Shown in pieces: positions 1 through 6,888 of a stretch of DNA of 32,000 nt; the first letter of the stretch is position 1; the number at the start of each line of letters is the position of its first letter. This stretch comes from Schaalia odontolytica (lineage in GTDB: Bacteria; Actinomycetota; Actinomycetes; Actinomycetales; Actinomycetaceae). A model generated the notes under the pieces. The model searched no databases. It was not told the DNA's origin and saw nothing but the letters and a program-made list of their open reading frames with translations. The stretch covers positions 930,001-962,000 of the forward strand of contig NZ_CP040006.1 of NCBI RefSeq assembly GCF_005696695.1, read 5' to 3'. The position numbers and the translations under genes were made by a program.

Positions 1-821
1 ACTACCCGGCCATGGACGTCCTCCAGGACGAGGACGACTTCCACGACCTGGCCGCCGCCTACTTCGAGCGCGCCCGCGCCAACGGTGTCGTGCGCGCCGA
101 GTGCTTCTTCGACCCGCAGGCCCACACCTCGCGCGGCATCGCCATCGAGACGGTCATCCGCGGCTATCACCGCGCCGTCGTCGAGGCCCGCGAGGCCGGC
201 CTGTCCGCCGACCTCATCCTGTGCTTCCTGCGTGATATGAGTGCCGAGTCCGCGCTCGAGACCCTCCAGGCAGCGCTGCCCTATAAGGACATGTTCATCG
301 GTGTGGGCCTGGACTCCGACGAGCGTGACAACCCGCCCACGAAGTTTGCCGAGGTCTTTGCCCTGGCCCGCGAGGCCGGCCTGCACGTGACGATGCACTG
401 CGATATCGACCAGGTCGGCTCGATTGATAACATCCGCGCGGCCCTCACCGAGCTGGGTGCCGAGCGCCTCGACCACGGCACGAACATCGTCGAGGATCCC
501 GAGCTGGTCGCCTACGCCCGCGACCACGGTATCGGCCTGACCTCGTGCCCCCTGTCCAACTCCTTCGTCACCGAGGAGATGAAGGGCAAGGAGATCGTCG
601 AGCTGACCGCCGCGGGTGTGAAGGTCAGCGTCAACTCCGACGACCCCGCCTACTTCGGCGGATACGTCGGGGACAACTACCTGGCGCTCGCCGAGCGTTT
701 CGACCTTGGCCGCGCCGACCTGGAGCGCATCGCCCGCAACTCCATCGAGATCGCGTGGATCTCAGATGACGAGAAGGCCGAGCTGCTCGCCCGCGTGGAC
801 CGCTTCGTGTCCGAGAACTGA
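1..821 (+). CDS. Adenosine/adenine deaminase-family amidohydrolase, 5'-partial (continues upstream of the window)
   Basis: The reading frame is open from the window edge (codons TAC CCG GCC ATG from nt 3), so the ATG at 12 is internal. Motifs SCPLSN and VNSDDPAYFGGY are typical of the adenosine/adenine deaminase family. Stop at 819-821. Third codon positions are strongly G/C. Confidence 0.85.
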   Translation, partial: YPAMDVLQDEDDFHDLAAAYFERARANGVVRAECFFDPQAHTSRGIAIETVIRGYHRAVVEAREAGLSADLILCFLRDMSAESALETLQAALPYKDMFIGVGLDSDERDNPPTKFAEVFALAREAGLHVTMHCDIDQVGSIDNIRAALTELGAERLDHGTNIVEDPELVAYARDHGIGLTSCPLSNSFVTEEMKGKEIVELTAAGVKVSVNSDDPAYFGGYVGDNYLALAERFDLGRADLERIARNSIEIAWISDDEKAELLARVDRFVSEN

Positions 822-998
822 CCATCGACGAACGAGGCTGGGGCTCAGAGGCCGTGAACGCGCGGATCAGCCCCGGCCTCGTCGTGCGTGGGGGAGCGCT
901 ATTCTCACGTTGCACGTGGGGTGGACACGAGCTGTCACAATTGGCCACCCCGTGAACCCACCCGGCACGGTGGCTGCGAGACTGCAAAGATAGTAACC

Positions 999-1781
999 AT
1001 GACGAACCACACGAAGCCGACGTTGTTGATTTCCAACGTCCTGCCGGCACGCCCGGGGGACGAGGCATACAACAACATCTGCATGCGCCTGTGGGATCGT
1101 CTCCTTGAGGCCGCGCTGCCGAACTGGAACGTTATCCGCGAGTACGCTCAGGAAGATGGTGCCGAGGGTGCCGCCCTGCGCGCCCAGCACGCGGACGCCA
1201 TCATCATCATGGGCGGCGAGGACGTCCACCCCAGCCTGTACGGCGCCCCCCAGGGCTACGAGGCCGAGGGGCGTCACTGGTACCGCGCTGACCGCGGACA
1301 GATCGCCCTCGTCGACTACGCCGTGCGCACGGGCACCCCGCTCCTGGGGATTTGCCGCGGCATGCAGATCATCAACACGGCGCTGGGCGGCACGCTCGAG
1401 CAGCATATTGAGGGTGCTCATGGCACCCACACGAATAACCGGATCCTGTCCGATCACCGCTTCATCCGCCACAGCGTGCGCGTCGGCGAGGGAACGAACC
1501 TTGAGCGCGCCCTGGCCCCCGTCCTTACCGACTCCGAGCTGGTTATCTCGTCGGCGCACCACCAGCGCGTGGATCGCCTCGCGCAGGGCCTCCAGGTCAG
1601 CGCCTACGCCCCCGACGGCACGATCGAGGCCATCGAGTCGATCGACGCCCCCGTCATCGGCGTGCAGTGGCACCCCGAGGACCCCGCGGCCGACATCTCC
1701 CAGCTGCACGCACTCCTCGGCCACCTGGATGCGCGCCGCGCCCCCCGCCTCGAGAGGGCCTCGACTACCCTGGTCGCATGA
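999..1781 (+). CDS. Class I glutamine amidotransferase / gamma-glutamyl hydrolase (peptidase C26, PuuD-like)
   Basis: Nucleophile motif GICRGMQ and His-Glu motif VQWHPE. I chose the ATG at 999 (MTNHTKPTLL...) rather than the alternative start at 888; the RBS is weak, so the start is uncertain. Confidence 0.8.
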   Translation: MTNHTKPTLLISNVLPARPGDEAYNNICMRLWDRLLEAALPNWNVIREYAQEDGAEGAALRAQHADAIIIMGGEDVHPSLYGAPQGYEAEGRHWYRADRGQIALVDYAVRTGTPLLGICRGMQIINTALGGTLEQHIEGAHGTHTNNRILSDHRFIRHSVRVGEGTNLERALAPVLTDSELVISSAHHQRVDRLAQGLQVSAYAPDGTIEAIESIDAPVIGVQWHPEDPAADISQLHALLGHLDARRAPRLERASTTLVA

Positions 1782-2449
1782 CCATCTCCCCGGGAACGAA
1801 CTTCGACGACCCCCGATTCTGCGACGACGAGCGCACACCCGTGCAGCGCATGCGCGATGGTGACTACTACGTCGCGGACGATGAACTCGCCGCATCAATG
1901 AAGCGCGCGGTTCGCCTCCTGAGCCTCTACGAGCAGGCGCATCCCACCGACCCGGATATTGCTCGGTACCTGCTCGCCCAGGTCCTTGGCCAGGTGGGGG
2001 AGTGCGTCGACATCCGACCGCCCCTGCGCGTTGACTACGGCTACAACATCTCGATCGGCGACGGCTCCTGGGTCAACTATGGGCTGACCGTGCTCGATGT
2101 CGCGCCGGTCGTCATCGGCGCCGACGTCCTCATCGGCCCCAACTGCTCGCTCTACACGGCGATCCACCCGACCGAGCCCGGGCCTCGTCGAGCGAAATGG
2201 GAGTCCGCAGCACCGATCACCATCGAGGACAACGTGTGGCTGGGTGGCTCCGTCGTCGTCTGCCCGGGAGTGACCATCGGCGAAAACTCGATCATTGGAG
2301 CGGGCGCCGTCGTCACCCGCGACATCCCCGCCAACTCCATCGCGGTGGGCAACCCCGCCCGCGTCATCAAGAACCTGGACCCCACCACCCCGCGCGCCAT
2401 CGAAGCAGCGGGCGTCGGAGTCATCGCACACACGGGAGATCACGCATGA
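1778..2449 (+). CDS. Hexapeptide-repeat sugar O-acetyltransferase (maltose/galactoside O-acetyltransferase family)
   Basis: Left-handed beta-helix hexapeptide repeats (WLGGSVVVCPGVTIGENSIIGAGAVVTRDIPANSIAVGNPARVI). The ATG at 1778 overlaps the upstream TGA (ATGA, 1778-1781). Confidence 0.8.
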   Translation: MTISPGTNFDDPRFCDDERTPVQRMRDGDYYVADDELAASMKRAVRLLSLYEQAHPTDPDIARYLLAQVLGQVGECVDIRPPLRVDYGYNISIGDGSWVNYGLTVLDVAPVVIGADVLIGPNCSLYTAIHPTEPGPRRAKWESAAPITIEDNVWLGGSVVVCPGVTIGENSIIGAGAVVTRDIPANSIAVGNPARVIKNLDPTTPRAIEAAGVGVIAHTGDHA

Positions 2450-3084
2450 GCATCCTGCCGATCTGCATCACGGGCGAGCCGGTCCTGCACCGGGCCGCGG
2501 CACCAATCGAGTCCTTCGATTCGGAGCTGAGCGACCTCGTCGCCGACATGATCGAGACGATGCACGCCGCACCCGGCGTCGGCCTCGCCGCACCCCAGGT
2601 GGGCGTCGGCTCTCAAGTCTTCGTGTGGAGGTACGGCGGCGCCGGCTCCTTCGATTCCCACTACCGCGACGTCCTTCAGCTCGACGAGGCCCCCGCGTGC
2701 GGCTTCAACACGGCGCTGCACGGCGTCGTCGTCAACCCCACGCTCGACCTCGTGTGGGATACCGAAGGGGCGGGAGCCATCCTGCCCGAGGAACCCGACA
2801 TAGCGCTCGAATCCGAGGGCTGCCTGTCCGTGCCTGGCTACGGATACCCCCTGCGCCGCGCGCTCGGTGCGGTCCTGCGCGGCTACGACGTGGACGGCAA
2901 CGCCATCGAGGTCAGCGCGCGCGGATGGCTCGCGCGCATCTTCCAGCACGAATACGACCACCTGCAGGGCACCCTCTACGTCAACCGCCTCGAGGCACCC
3001 TACGCCGACGAGGCCCAGCGGGTCATCGCCGAGCGCGGATGGGGCGTCAGCGGACACACGTGGACCCCGGGGGAGCGGGCTTAA
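2446..3084 (+). CDS. def: Peptide deformylase
   Basis: All three deformylase motifs are present: GVGLAAPQ, EGCLSVPG, QHEYDHLQG. The ATG at 2446 overlaps the upstream TGA (ATGA). Confidence 0.9.
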   Translation: MSILPICITGEPVLHRAAAPIESFDSELSDLVADMIETMHAAPGVGLAAPQVGVGSQVFVWRYGGAGSFDSHYRDVLQLDEAPACGFNTALHGVVVNPTLDLVWDTEGAGAILPEEPDIALESEGCLSVPGYGYPLRRALGAVLRGYDVDGNAIEVSARGWLARIFQHEYDHLQGTLYVNRLEAPYADEAQRVIAERGWGVSGHTWTPGERA

Positions 3085-3101
3085 GCCGCTTCCTCCCGGG
3101 G
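3065..3101. terminator. Candidate bidirectional hairpin between convergent def and pflA
   Basis: The outer arm CCCCGG (3065-3070) pairs with CCGGGG (3096-3101). The inner region pairs imperfectly around the CTTAAG centre. There is no U-tract on either strand. Confidence 0.25.
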
Positions 3102-3117
3102 TCCCGGTACGTTCGCG

Positions 3118-3996
3118 TCAGTGGACCAGGAAGCCCAGCGAACGGAAGTAGTTGCGGACCTCCTCGGTGGCCTCGGGCGTGGGAGCCTTCGTGTCCTCCA
3201 GCTGATACTCCAGGCCGAGGGAGTGCCACTTATCCTTGCCCAGCTGATGGAAGGGCAGGACCTCAACGCGATCGATGACGTCCTTCCAGCGCGAGACAAT
3301 CTCGCCGACCTGGCGCACGTTCTCGGGGTCGTCGGTCAGACCCGGAACCAGGACGAAGCGGATCCAGATGCGGGTGGCGCCACCGCGAGCCGCGATGCGG
3401 TCGCCGAACTCGATCGTGGGCGCCAGGGAACGTCCCGTCGCCTTCTTGTAGGTCTCCTCGTTGCCGCTCTTGACGTCCAGGAGCACCAGGTCGATCGCGT
3501 CGAGCATCTCGTCGTCGCAGTTCGCGCCCAGGAACCCTGAGGTGTCGATGCAGGTGTGAACGCCCATCTCCTTGGCACCCATCAGAATTCGCTTGGCGAA
3601 CTGCGGCTGCATGAGGACCTCGCCGCCGGACAGGGTGATGCCGCCGTTCGTCGTGCGGAAAATGCGGCGGTAGCGGGCAATGCGGGAGAGCAGCTCCGTG
3701 TCTGACACGGGAGCGCCGTCCTTCATGAGGAAGGTGTCGGGGTTGTGGCAGTACAGGCAGCGCAGCGGGCAGCCGTTGAGGAACACCGTCATGCGCGTGC
3801 CGGGGCCGTCAACGGCGGTGACGAGCTCCCAGGAGTGAATGGAACCCAGCGTGCCCTCACGCATGCGGCGCAGACGCTCGGAGCGCTCCAGGTCCGTGAT
3901 CTCCTCCAGGCCTTCGACGCCGGCGCCGACGGTACGGGATTGGGGAGCTTGGAAGTCCTGCTCACGGAACGTGGGGAGAGCGAGGGGCTGCGACAT
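3118..3996 (-). CDS. pflA: Pyruvate formate-lyase activating enzyme (radical-SAM glycyl-radical activase)
   Basis: Radical-SAM cluster motif CPLRCLYCHN, DGPGTR and GGITLSGGE. RBS GAAGGAA lies just upstream of the ATG at 3996. It has a ~44-aa N-terminal extension relative to the E. coli PflA start as I recall it; an internal ATG at 3864 is an alternative start. Confidence 0.9.
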   Translation of the reverse strand: MSQPLALPTFREQDFQAPQSRTVGAGVEGLEEITDLERSERLRRMREGTLGSIHSWELVTAVDGPGTRMTVFLNGCPLRCLYCHNPDTFLMKDGAPVSDTELLSRIARYRRIFRTTNGGITLSGGEVLMQPQFAKRILMGAKEMGVHTCIDTSGFLGANCDDEMLDAIDLVLLDVKSGNEETYKKATGRSLAPTIEFGDRIAARGGATRIWIRFVLVPGLTDDPENVRQVGEIVSRWKDVIDRVEVLPFHQLGKDKWHSLGLEYQLEDTKAPTPEATEEVRNYFRSLGFLVH

Positions 3997-4133
3997 AATT
4001 CCTTCTTCGCGGTTGAGTGGGAGTGGTGGCCGTGATGGGAACGAGGCCGGGCTGCGTCAGCGGTGCGCGCCGACGTGGGCAGACATAGTAGTGGGGCGCC
4101 GAGCGTTGCCCGACGCCCCACTCCAATCAGCTA

Positions 4134-4385
4134 TCAGGCCGAGTGGTGGAAGGTGCGGGACAGGACGTCCAGCTGCTGCTCACGGGTGAGCTTGACGAAG
4201 TTAACGGCGTAGCCGGAAACGCGAACGGTCAGGTTCGGGTACTTCTCGGGGTGCTCCATGGCGTCCTTCAGCGTGGACTCCTCGAGAACGTTGATGTTCG
4301 CGTGGTACAGGCCCTCCTTGTCGCCGCGCTCTTCGCGGGCGGCCTTCATGTCGGCGAGGCGCTCTTCGTAGGTCTTGGTTGCCAT
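4134..4385 (-). CDS. grcA: Stand-alone glycyl-radical domain protein (GrcA/YfiD-like), 83 aa
   Basis: Contains the glycyl-radical motif [11 protein letters not shown] and the flanking [13 protein letters not shown] strong SD (AAAAGGAGAAAT) sits directly upstream of the ATG at 4385. The longer GTG-started ORF (4451) has no SD. Confidence 0.85.
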   Translation of the reverse strand: MATKTYEERLADMKAAREERGDKEGLYHANINVLEESTLKDAMEHPEKYPNLTVRVSGYAVNFVKLTREQQLDVLSRTFHHSA

Positions 4386-4444
4386 AACATTTCTCCTTTT
4401 GTGAGATTCCGGCGGTGCCGGTTTGGGCGGGTCGCGGTGCGGCT

Positions 4445-4499
4445 CACCCACGAGTGGTGGGTGGCGGGGATCAACACGGGTGGCGCATCGATCCCCGCC
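4445..4499 (-). other. Two adjacent stable hairpins in the pflB-grcA spacer
   Basis: Plus-strand coordinates. CACCCAC (4445-4451) pairs with GTGGGTG (4457-4463) across a 5-nt loop. GGCGGGGATC (4463-4472) pairs with GATCCCCGCC (4490-4499), a perfect 10 bp with a 17-nt loop. On the mRNA the 10-bp stem begins 9 nt after the pflB TGA. Confidence 0.6.
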
Positions 4500-4508
4500 G
4501 ATGGTGGA

Positions 4509-6614
4509 TCAGTAGCCCTTGGTGCCGTCGTAGGCGCAGGAATCGTCCGGAACGAAGCCGGCGTCGAGGATGCCGACCAGGTTCTGGATCTGCTCTTCCT
4601 TGGAGCGGCCCAGGCCCTGCGGGGTGATCGTGTTCGTCAGCGAGATGCCGTCGAGCGCGTCGTTGTAGTCCAGCTTGCCGACCGACAGCATGGAAGCGAC
4701 CATGCCGTGCGTGTCGATGCCGTTCTCCGGGTTCGCGCCGGGGGCGAAGGGGGTGCCCTTCTGGTGGCCCGACGGGAAGGAGCCGGTGGCCTTGCCGTAG
4801 ACGACGTTCGAGGTGATCGTCAGGACCGACTGGGTCGGGATCGCGTCGCGGTACATGGGGATGGCGCGGATCTTGTCCATGACGGTGTGGACGACGGTCG
4901 CGGCGATGTCGTCGGCGCGGTCATCGTCGTTGCCGTAGGTCGGGAAGTCGCCCTCGGTGCGGTAGTCGACGACCAGGCCGGTCTCGTCGCGGATCGGGTA
5001 GACCTTCGCGTACTTGATGGCGGCCAGCGAGTCGGCAACGATGGACAGACCGGCGATGCCGCAGCCCATGGTGCGAATGATCTCGGAGTCGTGCAGCGCC
5101 ATCTCGATGGACTCGTAGGCGTAGCGATCGTGGCAGTAGTGGATGATGTTGAGGGCCTCGACGTAGGTGCCAACGACCCAGTCCAGCATCTCCTCGTAGC
5201 GCTTCCACACGTCATCGAAGTCGAGCGGGCCGTCACCCTGGACGGGCTCGTAGCCTTCCATGACCTGCTTGCCGGTCATCTCGTCGCGGCCACCGTTGAT
5301 GGCGTAGAGCAGGGCCTTGGCGGCGTTCACACGCGCGCCGAAGAACTGCATCTGCTTGCCGACCTTCATGGGGGAGACGCAGCATGCGATGGCGGCGTCG
5401 TCGCCCCAGTGCGCGCGGATCTGCGGATCGGACTCGTACTGGATCGACGAGGTGTCGATCGAGATGCGGGCGCAGAACTCCTTGTAGCCGCGGGGCAGGT
5501 TCTCGTCCCAGAAGATGGTGATGTTCGGCTCGGGGGCCGGGCCGAGGTTGACCAGCGTCTGGAGCAGACGGAACGAGGTCTTGGTGACCAGCGTACGGCC
5601 GTCGTCGCCGAAGCCGGCGTCCGACCAGGTGGCCCAGTAGGGGTCGCCCGAGAAGATCTGGTCGTAGGCGATGGTGCGCAGGAAGCGGGTGATGCGCAGC
5701 TTGATGACGAGGGCGTCGATGATCTCCTGGGCGCCGGACTCATCCAGCGTGCCGTTCTTCAGATCGCGCTCGAAGTAGACATCGAAGAAGCCGGACAGGC
5801 GGCCGATCGACATGGCGGCGCCGTCCTGGGACTTCACGGAGGCCAGGTAGCCGAAGTAGGTCCACTGCACGGCCTCGTGCGCGTTGGTGGCCGGGCCGGA
5901 GATGTCGTAGCCGTAGGACTGCGCCAGGTTCTTCAGCTTCTTGAGGGCCTTGATCTGCTCGGAGTGCTCCTCGCGGTAACGCGCCCAGTGCTCGGAGAAG
6001 GGCTCGTTCGCGTAACGATCCTTGTCCTTTTCCTTCTCGGCGATGAGGTGGTCAACGCCGTAGAGGGCCACGCGGCGGTAGTCGCCGATGATGCGGCCAC
6101 GGCCGTAGGCGTCCGGCAGACCGGTGATGATGTGGGAGGAACGAGCAGCACGAATACGCGGCGTGTAGATATCGAAGACCGCATCGTTGTGGGTCTTGCG
6201 GTACTTGGTGAAGATCTTCTTCACCTCGGGGTTGTACTCCATGCCGGCCTCGTGAATGGCCGTCTCGACCATGCGCCAGCCGCCGTTCGGCATCATCGCG
6301 CGCTTCAGGGGGGCATCGGTCTGCAGGCCGACGATCACGTTGTCGTCCTCGCAGATGTAGCCGGGCTTGAAAGCATCGATGTCGGCGGGGGTGTCCGTGT
6401 CGATGTCGAGGATGCGCACCTTGCGCTCTTCGGAGAGGTACTTCTCTTCGAGAGTGTTCCACACGCGCAGGGTCTTCTCGGTCGGCCCTGCCAGGAACGA
6501 GGCGTCGCCCTCGTACGGGGTGTAGTTCAGCTGGATGAAATCACGAACGTCGATTTCATCGCACCAGTTACCCTTTACGAAACCTTCCCAGGCCTTCTGG
6601 TCTGCTGTCGTCAT
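4509..6614 (-). CDS. pflB: Formate C-acetyltransferase (pyruvate formate-lyase) catalytic portion, lacking the C-terminal glycyl-radical domain
   Basis: Catalytic Cys pair in AIACCVSPMKVGKQMQFFGARVN. It appears collinear with E. coli PflB (from memory) up to ...GILDAGF, then ends at a TGA (4509-4511) before any RVSGY motif. Start ATG at 6614 with RBS GAAGAGGAAGA. The 21 codons further upstream in the ORF track lack support. Confidence 0.9.
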   Translation of the reverse strand: MTTADQKAWEGFVKGNWCDEIDVRDFIQLNYTPYEGDASFLAGPTEKTLRVWNTLEEKYLSEERKVRILDIDTDTPADIDAFKPGYICEDDNVIVGLQTDAPLKRAMMPNGGWRMVETAIHEAGMEYNPEVKKIFTKYRKTHNDAVFDIYTPRIRAARSSHIITGLPDAYGRGRIIGDYRRVALYGVDHLIAEKEKDKDRYANEPFSEHWARYREEHSEQIKALKKLKNLAQSYGYDISGPATNAHEAVQWTYFGYLASVKSQDGAAMSIGRLSGFFDVYFERDLKNGTLDESGAQEIIDALVIKLRITRFLRTIAYDQIFSGDPYWATWSDAGFGDDGRTLVTKTSFRLLQTLVNLGPAPEPNITIFWDENLPRGYKEFCARISIDTSSIQYESDPQIRAHWGDDAAIACCVSPMKVGKQMQFFGARVNAAKALLYAINGGRDEMTGKQVMEGYEPVQGDGPLDFDDVWKRYEEMLDWVVGTYVEALNIIHYCHDRYAYESIEMALHDSEIIRTMGCGIAGLSIVADSLAAIKYAKVYPIRDETGLVVDYRTEGDFPTYGNDDDRADDIAATVVHTVMDKIRAIPMYRDAIPTQSVLTITSNVVYGKATGSFPSGHQKGTPFAPGANPENGIDTHGMVASMLSVGKLDYNDALDGISLTNTITPQGLGRSKEEQIQNLVGILDAGFVPDDSCAYDGTKGY

Positions 6615-6768
6615 TCTTCCTCTTCTCGGATGTCCGTATCCCGTTGTGGGGACGGTATGTTCGGAGCGAAGCTCCATGTGCGTCGGATTCCAACGCTTAG
6701 GCCCATTGTCCTACGGCTTGGGGGGTCTCCACAACCCATATCGACCGACAGTCTATGTTCTGTGTCTC

Positions 6769-6799
6769 AGGATATGGGCCCATAGTCTCTGTCGGTCAA
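6769..6799 (-). promoter_or_regulatory. Candidate pflB promoter with a 12-bp perfect palindrome in its spacer
   Basis: On the minus strand: TTGACC (plus 6794-6799), a 19-nt spacer, then TATCCT (plus 6769-6774). The palindrome TATGGGCCCATA (6773-6784) lies in the spacer and overlaps the -10. The spacing is longer than ideal, so this is tentative. Confidence 0.3.
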
Positions 6800-6800
6800 A

Positions 6801-6873
6801 TTGTGGGACCAAGGTCCTTAAGAGAAGGGAGGGGCTTTGACCGCCTACACTGGTACCAGTGCCCGTCCCACAA
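6801..6873 (+). promoter_or_regulatory. Structured region upstream of hom (long-range 9-bp dyad abutting the SD)
   Basis: TTGTGGGAC (6801-6809) is the exact reverse complement of GTCCCACAA (6865-6873). The 3' arm runs into the hom SD AAAGGAG (6872-6878). Internal palindromes are GGACCAAGGTCC (6806-6817) and CTGGTACCAG (6850-6859). Confidence 0.3.
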
Positions 6874-6888
6874 AGGAGAAAAAGTCCT

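Noticed and set aside
888-998. 37-codon upstream extension of the amidotransferase ORF
   Set aside because: It falls in the hairpin-rich intergenic region, and its translation (GERYSHVARGVDTSCHNWPP...) has no family resemblance. I preferred the ATG at 999, but the start remains uncertain.
867-1898. 343-aa minus-strand ORF and the 252-aa plus-strand ORF 1105..1863
   Set aside because: Both overlap the amidotransferase gene, which has clear catalytic motifs (GICRGMQ, WHPE) in its own frame. The alternatives are Arg/Pro/Ala-rich with no motifs.
4509-4511. pflB TGA as a simple sequencing error, a fresh pseudogene, or a selenocysteine codon
   Set aside because: Error or fresh nonsense mutation is not excluded. 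It is disfavoured by the ~65 residues around the junction with no E. coli PflB counterpart (as I recall that sequence), the weaker coding signature of the spacer, and the strong SD-ATG for the small ORF. Selenocysteine is disfavoured because PFL is not a known selenoprotein and the hairpin lacks typical SECIS features. Both remain listed as checks in the finding.
4143-6785. 880-aa ORF on the plus strand
   Set aside because: It is exactly antisense to pflB/grcA, whose products match well-known proteins motif for motif. Its translation is low-complexity (G/V/A/D/R-rich), as expected for the reverse frame of a high-GC gene.
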